Source of the DNA: Octopus sinensis
Lineage: Eukaryota
Direction: 5' to 3'
Length of the DNA stretch: 64,000 nucleotides
Assembly: GCF_006345805.1 (NCBI RefSeq)
Contig: NC_043009.1
Coordinates: 40,672,001-40,736,000 of the forward strand
In this document: positions 52,713 to 64,000 of the stretch, in pieces
How positions within the stretch are numbered: the stretch's first letter is position 1
Layout of the letters: each line of letters starts with the position of its first letter
Program-made: the position numbers and the translations under genes
Notes under the pieces: model-generated
The model's database searches: none
Told to the model about the DNA's origin: nothing
Seen by the model: the letters and a program-made list of their open reading frames with translations, nothing else

Positions 52713-54303
52713 ACACAGGGACATGAACTCTGAATTATTGTGCCAAAAGAAATGTAGAAAATTGTAACTTTCTTACGTTTCCAAAGAATGTTAGCAAAGA
52801 CGTAAAACATCACAAAACTCAGTTAGCCTGGATATTATAGCATGACTTTCCTACCACCCAGTACGAAAATAATCGTAATCTTGTTCATTTTATCTAAGAA
52901 GACACCACTCCTAAACATTGGATAGATTTTACTGTCAACAAATATAAATAATTAAGGTTCTGTGTTTTTGAGATAGCATGGTGAGAAATAAATATTCCTT
53001 TTCACGGTTATGGAAACAAAAACAAAAGTTTTAACGATGAAATATATACAAACAAAAGCATAGTTGATGTATATTTGGCATCTATACTCGACATGGGAGA
53101 ATTTTAATTGTTATAATAATGAAGAAATATTGATGCTGTTTTATTTTGTTGTTGATACTATTATTAGTTTTGTTGTTTTTGCTATTGCTTCAGTGATCAT
53201 TAAAATGATATCAAAGTTATGGGTAAATTCGATTGGCTGTTTCCTACTTCAATAGAATTAAAGGAACAAATCCCTAATCACCATCCTGTTGTTGCTACCG
53301 CTGTTGTTTCGTTAATGCTGAAGTTTGAGATATAACAGAATTATCTTTAAAGCTTTATACAATCAAATCCAGAACTTCACCCCCTCTTCGTTCAAATTCA
53401 AACAGGGATCGATATTTTTAACCTTTCTGTTTTTATTGCTCATTGATATAAAGAATTGTAATTATATGGGAAAATTCGATCGGTTATTTCGCAGTTCAAT
53501 AGAATTGAACAAAGAAATCCACTATCGTTATCCTGTTGTTGTTGTTGTTGTTGTTGTTGTCGTCGTCGTCGTTGTTGTTCTCTCCCTGAGGCACGCACAC
53601 GGCTTTTGAGAGCTTCTTCCCAATTTTCATCTAGAACCGGGCCTCATGTTTCGAAATGCTGTGCTGCTCCTATGGGGGTAAGCCCACAGGAGAATGCTAT
53701 GATTAGGGAGAGTGCTAGATGGTAAAAAAATCAGTAGATCTCACATTAAGATATACTATGATCATTTCTGGGTTCGAGAATCGCAATCACGATTTTGCGA
53801 TCGAGACTGCAGCACCCAAACCACTAAATGAATAAATAGATAATTGAATAAATAAATAAATAAATATATAAATAAATGTGTTGCAAGCAACTTGCACATG
53901 CATGTCCTATCAGTTGAGAGCTCCGTATACCGGAAGCCAGCTAGTGTATGGGGTCATCAGGTGAGAATGCGTGCTATTTCAGGGCCTACCTCTCAGCGGC
54001 ATCAATGTGTACCGGGACCCCTAACTGACATGAGGCCCTGCTTCCTAGATCAACTGGTTGTCAAATAAAACTCAATATTTTTCTAGCCACTGTTCATCGT
54101 CTCTTAATGTCTTACAGTAATTTAGTTCCGTCCATATATGTTCTAAAATAAATTTCTCTGGGGTAGATAGAATAAGTGCCACTCATGTACTAAGTACGAT
54201 TTAATTGACAATAATCTTCCTTATGATGACCACCACGAATTGGCAGAGTCCTGAGAGCGTTGGACAAAATGTCTCGTCGCATTTGTTCTGACTTTCTGCC
54301 TTC

Positions 54304-54345
<42 letters not shown>

Positions 54346-54453
54346 TATATGGGGTTGCCGGTTTAGTTGCCGACGACCCAACCATGCAACAGGTTGTACT
54401 GGGTTACATGTTGCCAGTTGCACTCGAAAGTGACCAGACATAATATATATATA

Positions 54454-55089
54454 CTAGCATTATCGCCCGGCGTTGCTCGGGTTTGTAAGGGAAATAACTA
54501 TATAAGCATTTTTAGAGAGTTATAGCCAAAAAATAGCAAAAAATGCATTAAAAATGGAAACAATATGATGGTAAATTTTTTTTTAAATCGTTGACTCATC
54601 GTAGACATTTTTAGAGAGTTACTTCCCTTATATAATAGCGAAAAAATGCATTAAAATGGAAAAAAAACGATGGTAATTTTTTTTTAAATCGTAGACTCAT
54701 GTAGACGCTTTCTTAGCCATTTCTGTTTGTGTCTTCAAGCCATGAAGTCGTTGTTCTAAAAGAACACTGGTCTCCTTGACAACGCATTACGACGTTGATT
54801 TCCTTACACTCCCTTCCCCACAGGCGCAGGTGTGAGCGTGGACGCCAACTCCGCCGCCATCGACACACGAAAAATTATGCATTAAAAATGGAATAAAAAA
54901 TGATGTTAAATTATTTTTAAAATCGTAGACTCGTCGTAGACGCGCGCTAATATTCAGACGGGCTCGATATGAATCACGACTATAAGCTACCCGAATTTGG
55001 TTAAACTGTACCGCAAAATGTGGAGTAGTAGTAGGAATCTAAATCGAAGGGGACAGACACTCACACAACTACAGTTTTATATATATAGA
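54454..55089 (-). mobile_element. Non-autonomous Helitron, same family as 49155-49666, internally rearranged
   Basis: ctagcattatcgcccggcgttgctcggg at the left end and ..ttttatatatataga at the right end. Confidence 0.8.
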
Positions 55090-55094
55090 TATAC

Positions 55095-55490
55095 ATAGCG
55101 CAGTAGTGGTGAGATATGACAGCAAAGAAAAGCATACATTCACTCTCTGCATGCAATTAGACTCGGAAAGTTCGTGAGGAACCCATTGACCAATTTGCTG
55201 ACTTTTCCGATAGCACACAGGTGTCAATGAATGGTTGAATGACAAAATCCAAGCTTCTCTGCTAGTTCCTCAACAGTTACGATGATATTTTGTTCCACCA
55301 GGGTTTTCAGGATGTCCTTGTCGAGTTCTACAGATCTTTCAGGATGAGGCTCGTCTTCTAGGCTGTAGTTTATGGCTCGGGATTTCTGGAACCACCATTG
55401 ACACTGCCTTACGCTTATTGTCCAATCCCCATATACTGCATTAATATTTCTTGTACTTTGCACACATTTATATTCTGTTATTCTTTTATA
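55095..55490 (-). pseudogene. Mariner transposase N-terminal fragment (HTH and WVPHEL)
   Basis: TRNINAVYG..WWFQK..SLEDEP..VEELAEKLG..HSTIH, then after a frameshift KLGQWVPHEL (55168-55185). Confidence 0.85.
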
Positions 55491-55523
55491 TGTTTCAGCC
55501 TTGAGGTTGTGGCCATGCTGGAT

Positions 55524-55557
<34 letters not shown>

Positions 55558-55730
55558 GGTGTTTGTTGTTGGTCTATCTGTCTGTCTGTCTGTATATATA
55601 TGTATATGTATGTGTGTGAACAATAATATTTTCAACAGATGTGTTGCAAATGTATCTGATTGTTCTCAGCTTCAATACTGTGTGTGTGTATGTGTGTGTG
55701 TATGTATGTATGTATATGTATGTATGTATG

Positions 55731-55762
<32 letters not shown>

Positions 55763-56281
55763 TGTGTGTATGTATGTATGTATGTGTGTGTGTATGTATG
55801 TGTGTGTGTATGTGTGTGTGTGTATGTATGTATGTATGTATGTATGTATGTATGTATGTATGAGTGTATGTTTACTTTATTACTAATTACTCTCTTCCAA
55901 GAACATTTTCACTCACTCTTAGCTCTTAGCTTCCCATACATTTTACTCATGTATCTATCAGCGTCATAGACAGAATACTTTCACTTTAGTCTTCCTCAAA
56001 TCACTCTGTCGCTATTTACTTTCATTTTATTCGTTGCCCACTGTGTGTGTGCGTTTGCGTGTGGTGTAAACCAGACTAAGAAAAGCATTTAACACACACC
56101 AGAATGTGAGTTTTCTGTAAATTTTGCTTAATTGGAGTTTAAATTTTAAAAACTGGACCTGGCATGACGCGATGCATTGTACTCTCAAAAATGCTAGGTA
56201 AATTGTAATTGAAGAAATCCTATATTGTAGATTTGTATAACTCCCAAAGGGAGGCAGATAAAATCTGCCTTTTATAATAAG

Positions 56282-56331
<50 letters not shown>

Positions 56332-56332
<1 letters not shown>

Positions 56333-56637
56333 GAGGCGCAATGGCCTAGTGGTTAGGGCAGCGGACTCGCGGTCGTAGGATCGCGGTTTCGATTCCTAGA
56401 TCGGGCGTTGTGAGTGTTTATTGAGCGAAAACACCTAAAGTTCCACGAGGCTCCTGCAGGGGATGGTGGCGAACCCTGCTGTACTCTTTCGCCGCAACTT
56501 TCTCTCACTCTTTCTTCTGTTGGCCTGCTCGCTTAGCCAGCGGGGTGGCGTCATTTGAAGGCTAAAACAATGCGAAGCGCATTGTGACCAGCGATGTGTA
56601 GCAACATCTGATAGCCTGGTCGGTCACAGTGATTACA

Positions 56638-56641
<4 letters not shown>
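56332..56641 (+). mobile_element. SINE family C, full length
   Basis: tRNA-like head ggaggcgcaatggcctagtggttagggcagcggactcgc..ggtttcgattcc; tail cacagtgat. Confidence 0.92.
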
Positions 56642-56672
<31 letters not shown>

Positions 56673-56706
56673 CAGTGATATATATATATATATTTATATA
56701 TATATA

Positions 56707-57015
56707 TCACTGTAATCACTGTGACGACCAGGCTATCAGATGTTGCTACACATCGCTGGTCACAATGCGCTTCGCATTGTTTTAGCCTTCAAATGACGCC
56801 ACCCCACTGGGCAAGCGAGCAGGCCAACAGAAGAAAGAGTGAGAGAAAGTTGCGGCGAAAGAGTACAGCAGGGTTCGCCACCATCCCCTGCAGGAGCCTC
56901 GTGGAACTTTAGGTGTTTTCGCTCAATAAACACTCACAACGCCCGGTCTAGGAATCGAAACCGTGATCCTACGACCGCGAGTCCGCTGCCCTAACCACTA
57001 GGCCATTGCGCCTCC
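56707..57015 (-). mobile_element. SINE family C, full length, inverted partner
   Basis: Reverse complement of 56332-56641 with few differences. Confidence 0.92.
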
Positions 57016-57045
57016 ACACACACCACCACACACACACACACACAC

Positions 57046-57091
<46 letters not shown>

Positions 57092-57093
57092 GG

Positions 57094-57645
57094 TGGTCAC
57101 TTTCGAGTGCAACTGGCAACATGTAACCCAGTACAACATGTTGCATGGTCGGGTCGTCGGCAACTAAACCGGCCACCCCACCAAGCTTGCTTGGTGAGGA
57201 GGGTGTCTATTGTACACCGTGCGGGATGAAAAACAAAACCCGCCAAAGGGCGGAGGAACTCTTGAGAGTCAATGGCCATCCAATAAATGTCATAAGGATG
57301 TATCATGCGCGGGGACTTAGAAATAATCGGACTGAATACCCGATCGCGCGGTTAAACCATTGGGAGTGAAGGACTTCTAGCCTTTGTTAGGGCATCCTTC
57401 TAGGAGAAGGTAACTCAGGTAACTGGGATAACTCCGACATAAAACCTGAGGCTCAGTGGTTACCGATGATGTTGACTTGTTCTTCTTTTCGGATTAAGGC
57501 TGCTGTTGCTTAGTGAGTGGGATTGACTCAGTGCACAGCCTTTCCTCACTTTAAAAAAATCTTGCACAGGCATTGCACGATAACAACATTGATTAAGCTT
57601 CGTGCAATGGCCATACTCGATAACGAGGAGGCAGCCACGAAGTGA
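57094..57645 (+). mobile_element. RTE-5'UTR-like interspersed repeat (an inverted 85-bp piece at 54351-54436)
   Basis: tagggcatccttctaggagaaggtaactc resembles the conserved RTE 5' UTR block; its 5' end recurs inverted at 54351. Confidence 0.55.
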
Positions 57646-58611
57646 TTAGCGGATTTTGTCCGTCCAAACATTCTGAATTCAAATTCCGTCGAGACCGAAT
57701 TTGCATTTAATCCCTTCGGGGGTCAATAATATAAGTACCAGTTAAGTACTGGAGTCGATGTTATCGACTTCAATACTCCTGGGTAAGAGTATAAAATAAA
57801 AACTGCACACCTCTGCAAAACCATGAGGAGCTAGTGTGGAAGAGTAGGCTCATCAATCCAGTATGATCTGAAGTTTAAATTTACGGCCCCCACATCATAC
57901 AGTGGCTGGCGGAGAGAACATACTGAAACCTTCGTTCTGCTGTAGATTGTACATAGGTAATCCAATTCAATTAAGTCCAAACCAATAATATGATCTATCT
58001 GTTTGCATATATACATAAATAGACACACACACGCACATACACACACACACACACACACATACACACACACACACATACATGCGCACATATATTTTTTTTA
58101 TATATATTTGTTATCGGATGAATGTAAGTTGGTCCTTTAATTGGAATCATTTCCATAGATTTCTAATGTCTTTTCTCCATACATTACTCGTGAATTTTCT
58201 TATATATAAATTCGTATAGGTATGAAAGCTTGTATAGAAATAATCGGTGTATGATTTAACTTATTAAGCAAAGTTCAACAAATTCATTCATATTTATGTA
58301 ATGGAGGAGATTAGATGCTAAAATGGTTTATAGTTTTTATATTTCATGTTGCTAGACAATTTGTTTCGTATGAAAAGACTCAGATATTCATAAAGAGAAA
58401 ATCGTAACATTCATATTTATATTCGTCAGTAGCTGATATAAAAACTGAACAGACGTTTGAAGTACATAGACTTTCTCTAAGTTATCATTTTGGGATTAGT
58501 ATATTCGTTCTTGCAGTCATGTCTATTGGAATCAAGACTTTTAAAAAAATATATATTAAGAGGGTACTAATATCTGTAATATTAAAAATCAACATTCTCT
58601 CTATATCTCTC

Positions 58612-59022
58612 TCTATATAAACGGCACTTTGTCTGTGTGTCTGTCAGATTGTACCCTCACCCTGACCACGGCTTTCAACCGATTCTGATGAAACTTGACA
58701 CACCCATAGCCCAATGTCATAATTCAAAACTAACGCAGCGAAAATTTTGAAAAGTTCCCCCAGTTCTGAAAACTATAGATAAATTCAACATGGGGTCGAG
58801 AATCTAAGCTTTTTATATGCAACACATTTTCTGTCTAGGGGACACAACTCGACAGCTAGGGACAGCTAGGAACATCGTATACACAGAAGTATTCGAGTGA
58901 AGAGAAGACATTGCAACCTACACATGCGCCTTCGTTCCCTAGAGGGAAAGGACTAGATTGGGATTAGTCGTTGCCTATTAGGGGCTCTTACATACTCGGG
59001 CAACGCCGGGCTATGTTGCTAG
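58612..59022 (+). mobile_element. Non-autonomous Helitron, second family
   Basis: 5' tctatataaac.., 3' cggggcaacgccgggc..gCTAG; the 3' end resembles that of 49155-49666 but the interior differs. Confidence 0.7.
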
Positions 59023-59906
59023 TTATATATATTAGTACCCTCTTAATATATATGTTTTTTAGTCTTGACTCAAATAGACATGACCGCAAGAACGAATATA
59101 CTAATCCCAAAATCACGACTAAGAGAAAGTCTATGTACTTTAAACTTCTGGTCGTGGTTTCGATTCCTGGACTAAGCACCAATTTGCCTCTTCAAGCAAG
59201 CTAGGTGTTCAACAAGCTGCAAACGAGGTATGTTTTATTTAAAAGCCCAAAAAGTATAAGAAACACTTAAGCTACAATACTTTAGATACTTCAGTCATGT
59301 ACACACTCTTAGACACACTAGAATTCAGGAACATACAGTAGTAGAGCAATCTCAAGCACTTTTTCTCTCTGCCTCTTTTAGGGTGACTTGGGTTGCTGGC
59401 GGAGCTGAAGGAAGCGGTCTACTTAAGTCGTCAAAACCTTATTACATACATCGGTTTGGCAGCTGATGAGAACATGCTATAGCGCATGTAACATGTATGC
59501 GTATGCGGCATAATGATAATGGGCATACATACATACATACATACATACATACATACATACATACATACATAATACATACATACATACACATGTGTGCGTG
59601 CGTATATACACATAGTTATATATATATTATGTATATTCACATATTTTCATGTACATGTACACGTGCATATATATATATATAGATATATATATATATATAT
59701 ATATATATGCACCATATACACACATCCATCATGTATATGTATGTATATATATATATATATATATGAATTTGTTTGTAACCCCTATCCTCTCAAGGATATG
59801 ATATGCACACTTAATCTGTGTGAAGTATTTAACATTGTTTTTCAATACTTCTCAGTTAACAACTTTTGCAGTTTACCTACCCACATCCCTCTCTTTTTCT
59901 CACCAT

Positions 59907-59949
<43 letters not shown>

Positions 59950-60129
59950 TTTTTTTTCTTTTCTCTGCCTTTTTCTTACTCTCACACTCTTACCATTTTT
60001 CACTATCCCCACTTTATTTATGTAACAATGTACTGAATTTGGCACTCATTGAAATAGATAAACATACATGTTGCCCTAAAAACCTCTTTAAACATTTTAA
60101 GGCGTTAACACTAATGCAAGTTTTATTAT

Positions 60130-60500
60130 TTGGACTGGTAGAATCGTTAGAACGTCCAGCAAAATAATTTACAATATTTGTTCCGACTTCTTTACATTCT
60201 GCGTTCAAATTCCGCCGAGGTCATCTTTTTGTTTCAGAGTCGATAAAATAAGTAGCCTTTGAACACTGGGGTCGATATGATCGACTTACACATTCCCCCC
60301 AAAAAAACTGGCTTTGTGCCAAAATTTATGACTATTATTTTTTTCCGACTTCTTACATTCTGTGTTCAAATTTCACCGAGGTCGACTTTGCCTTTCATCT
60401 TTTGGGGATCAATAAAACAAGTGCCAATTGAACACTGGAGTCGATTACATCGACTAGTCACCCTGCTCAAAATTTCAAGATCTTACTCATAGTAGAAAGG

Positions 60501-60545
<45 letters not shown>

Positions 60546-60780
60546 GAGTGAGAGAGCAGTGTAAGGTGGCGGAATCGTTAGCACAGCGTGCAAGATGTTT
60601 CGCGACATTTCATCCGTTTTTACGTTCTAAGTTCAAATTCCGCTGATGTCAACTTTGCCTTTCATACTTTCGGAGTCGACTGAATAAGTATCCGTTGAAC
60701 ACTGGGGTCTATATTAACGACTTGCAGCTACCCACGGATTTTCTGGCCTTATACAAAAATTTGAAACCAGTCATTTACGC
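60130..60780 (+). mobile_element. Three decayed SINE-B-variant cores
   Basis: Repeated ttcaaatt(c/t)c(g/a)c..gtc..tttgcctttcat..actgg(g/a)gtc. Confidence 0.75.
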
Positions 60781-61430
60781 TTTGTGGTACCTATTCTGGT
60801 TCTTTTACATTCTGAGTTCGAACCCTGCCCAGAGTGACATTGCCTTTTTTTTTCTCCTAGGTTTCGTGAAATAAATACTAGTGAGTTGCTGCACTAGTGC
60901 TGGTAGTTGAGGTGGTAGCCGTGGTGGTAGTGATGGTGGTAGTAGTGAGCGCCGGCAGTGGCGATGGTGTTAGTGGTGGTAGTCGTGATGGTGGTAGAAT
61001 TTAGAAAAACAGAAAACCATGCAGTAATAAACAAACGAAGTAAAATGTTTAATAACTCCATTAAAATTTCTCATTCATATCAAATTACATCTTTTGGATA
61101 TTTAGGCCATTTCCGGTCAACGTAATTGTCTTTCACTCTCTTACAGTTACTTGGCTTATGGTTACTTCACTTACAATCACTTGACACTGTTTCATTAGCT
61201 TCTCCTCTGCTCATTGAAACTTTCAAAACAATTACAAACGGAAATTATTTTTCTTCAATTTTTTTTCCCCGTATGAATTCACTTTAATTTCAGTTGTTGT
61301 CATCGGCAGCTTCTCTACGGCAGCCATGTTGCTGTCACCGTCGTCATTTTAGCTGTTGTGAAAAGCCAAAATTAGAGGCATTTAACTGTTAATTAAAAAA
61401 ACTGAAATACTTATTCCTTCACTGGTCAAA

Positions 61431-61913
61431 GCAGCGAGCTGGCAGAAACGTTAGAACGTCTGCCGTTACGTTCTGAGTCTAAATTCCGCCGAGGTCGACT
61501 TTGCCTTTCATCCTTTCGGGGTCGATAAATAAAGTACCAGTTTCGAACTGGGATCGATGTAATCGACTTAATCCCTTTGTCTGTCCTCTCTATGTTTAGC
61601 CCCTTGTGGGCAATAAAGAAATAAGAAACAGTGAGGAAGCCCAACATGTGTGTGTATGTATATATATATCACCGTGATCACCGTGACCGACCAGGTTATC
61701 AGAAGTTGCTACACATCGCTGGCCACAATGTGCTTCGCATTGTTTTAGCCTTCAAATGACGCCACCCCGCTGGCTAAGCGAGCAGGTCAACAGAAGAAAG
61801 AGTGAGAGAAAGTTGTGGCGAAAGAGTACAACAGGCATCGCCACCACCCCTTGCCGGAGCCTCGTGGTGCTTTAGGTGTTTATGGTTAGCCCCTTGTGGG
61901 CAGTAAAGAAATA
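61431..61913 (+). mobile_element. Composite SINE unit: B + A-remnant + antisense C + second B tail
   Basis: Same junctions as 4078-4572 (inverted); extra tail ttagccccttgtgggcagtaaagaaata at 61881-61913. Confidence 0.85.
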
Positions 61914-62459
61914 CATTTTAGCTTTTGGGCTCTGGTTGAAATAACCTCGTAACAATCCTGCCAGTTTGTATTCTAAGCTTTACTATAGAGTGTATCTGTA
62001 GGATTTGAGCCTTCACTGCTTCTGTAAGTTAGCTAGATTTACTAGATACGAGACAGTCGAAAAGGTCTGTCACGTTTGATACAGAACCTCGTTGTGAACA
62101 GTAAAAGCAGGACGCCGCTGTTGCTGTTTTATGATACCTTCTTCAGAAAAATAGTGCCTTATATTTTACAGCCTTTGCAAAATTGCATTAAACGCCATTT
62201 TGTTACGCTTATAAATGAAGCAATGACGACTCAGGGTAAACTCCATAATAAAGTTTTGTATGAAAAATAAGTACTGCTGGCATGCCAGTAATTTCCGTTA
62301 TAGAAAAACAGCTGACAATGCGTCTAATATTCAAATCAGTCTCCTTGATTTAGTTATAAGCGTAACAAGAGCAGAGTGAGACAATTAGGCGAGGCTGTTT
62401 GAACTATGATGAACTGGTGCAGATGACTGTTAACAAAAGACATTTTTTTCCAGGTAGCA

Positions 62460-62750
62460 AGTAAAGGATTACTGTACAAGAATCGCCCGAAAACCATTAA
62501 TGAGCTAAAAGACGCAATCATAAGCTTCACACGGTTGATACCGCATCAGACTCTCCAAGATGTATTTCAAAACGTGTGTAGAAGAGTCGACTGTCGTATT
62601 GAAAATAAAGGACGACACTTTCAACACCTCTTATAAAGTTCTTTAGTCTTGTAAAGTCTAAAATATTCTTTCGTAGTCTTATACCGTCTTATAAATATTT
62701 ATTTTGCAATAAAATACTTACTATGGTGAGACTTTTTGACACGCTGTATA
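62460..62750 (+). pseudogene. Tc1/mariner transposase C-terminus
   Basis: YKNRPKTINELKDAI..LQDVFQNVCRRVDCRIENKGRHFQHLL* followed by a TIR-like gagactttttgacacgctgta. Confidence 0.7.
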
Positions 62751-63109
62751 AGTATGGATGCATATTCATGTGTATATCTATGTATATATGGATGTACGTA
62801 TATATGTTTTTACAGCAAGATATTTACTGAGAATATTCACATCAAAACCCATTTAATACCGTTCAGAAATTGTCTTTGTTAAGCAAAACGTTGATATTTA
62901 AATTCAAATTTTAGATTTAAATATCATTGTTTCATAAATGATTATTTATGATTTCAATATTTTAAATACTTTTGTCTCTAAATTTAATTAGTTAGTTTAC
63001 TAAGCGGCTCATAATTTTTGGTTATTTGATCAATTAAAACTCAAAGAAAGAATATATTCTTGTTAGAAATATTATCACAAAAGTTTTAAGAATATGAGTG
63101 AAGATGTAC

Positions 63110-63616
63110 ATCTTTCTTTCTTCCTTCCTTTCTGTCTGCGTTTTCTATCCTTTTCCTTCTTTCTTTCTTTCTTTTCCTACTTCTCCTCCTCCTCCTCCTT
63201 CATCATCATCATCATCATCATCATAATCATCATCATCATCACCATCATCTTCTTCTTCTTCTGCCTCTTCTTCTTCTTCTTCTTCTTCTTCTTCTTCTTC
63301 TTCTTCTTCTTCTTCTTCTTCCTTCTTCTTCTTCCTTCTTCTTCTTCTTTTCCCTCCTCCTCCTTCTTCTTCTTCTTTTCCCTCCTCCTCCTTATTCCTC
63401 TTCTTTTCCCTCCTCCTCCCCCTTTTCCTTCTTCCTTCTTCTCCTCCTGCTCCATTTTCCTTCGTCCTTCTCATCCTCCTACTCCTCTTCTTTCTTCCTC
63501 TTCTTTTTCCTTCTTCTTCTTACGTCTTCTCCTCCTCCTCCTCCTCGTTCTTCTTCTTCATCTTATTCTCCGTCTTCTGTTTCTTCTTCTTTTCCATTTT
63601 CATCGTCATCATGATT

Positions 63617-63650
<34 letters not shown>

Positions 63651-64000
63651 CATCATCATCATCATCTTCTTCTTCTGTTTCCTTCTCCTCCTTCTCCTCC
63701 TCCCTCTTCATGTTCTTCTCCGTCTTCCGTTCCTCCTCATCCTCCTCCTTCTTCTTCTTCCTTTTCTAATTTTTATTTTTTTTCATTCCTCCTTTTCTCT
63801 TCTTTTTCTTTCCTTCAATCTATTTTTTCTTTGTCCCTTTCTTCTTCATTTTCTCCGTATTCTTATTACTTTCTTCTCCTCCAACTCTCTTCTATTCTCC
63901 GTCCATTTCTTTTCCATATTCCTTCTCTTCTCTTCCATCTTTTTTTCTTCATCATCCATCCCTTTTTCGTCTTCTTCGTTATTGTCTCCTTCCCTCCTCC
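63110..64000. repeat. Polypyrimidine low-complexity tract of (TTC/TCC/TCA)n
   Basis: Direct reading. Confidence 0.95.

Noticed and set aside
56332-56405. tRNA gene (also other tRNA-like heads)
   Set aside because: Continues into a SINE body with no acceptor-stem closure; these are SINE heads

Overview
Repeat-dense, AT-rich eukaryotic non-coding DNA. The tRNA-derived SINE families and microsatellite load point to an octopus genome (inference from remembered consensus-like sequences, not a database hit). No host protein-coding exon, rRNA, true tRNA or CRISPR array could be supported; nearly all ORF-track entries are microsatellite or transposon translations. The main structure is a ~10 kb nested stack at 4.9-14.9 kb. 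A ~350-bp Helentron-type HINE is split into three pieces by three ORF1-only (CCHC zinc-knuckle) non-LTR elements. An internally deleted Tx1/L1-like LINE (ORF1, APE endonuclease and an RT scrap) follows. All four elements share their 3' terminus with the most abundant SINE in the window. This suggests a three-tier LINE / ORF1-only element / SINE system, and the ORF1-only members carry an extra conserved C-terminal domain. Elsewhere: Penelope RT, RTE and mariner/Tc1 relics, MITEs, three Helitron-type elements, a composite SINE unit present twice 57 kb apart, hammerhead-like motifs, and several long near-perfect palindromes (332-bp arms, ~310-bp inverted SINE pair, 66-bp stem).
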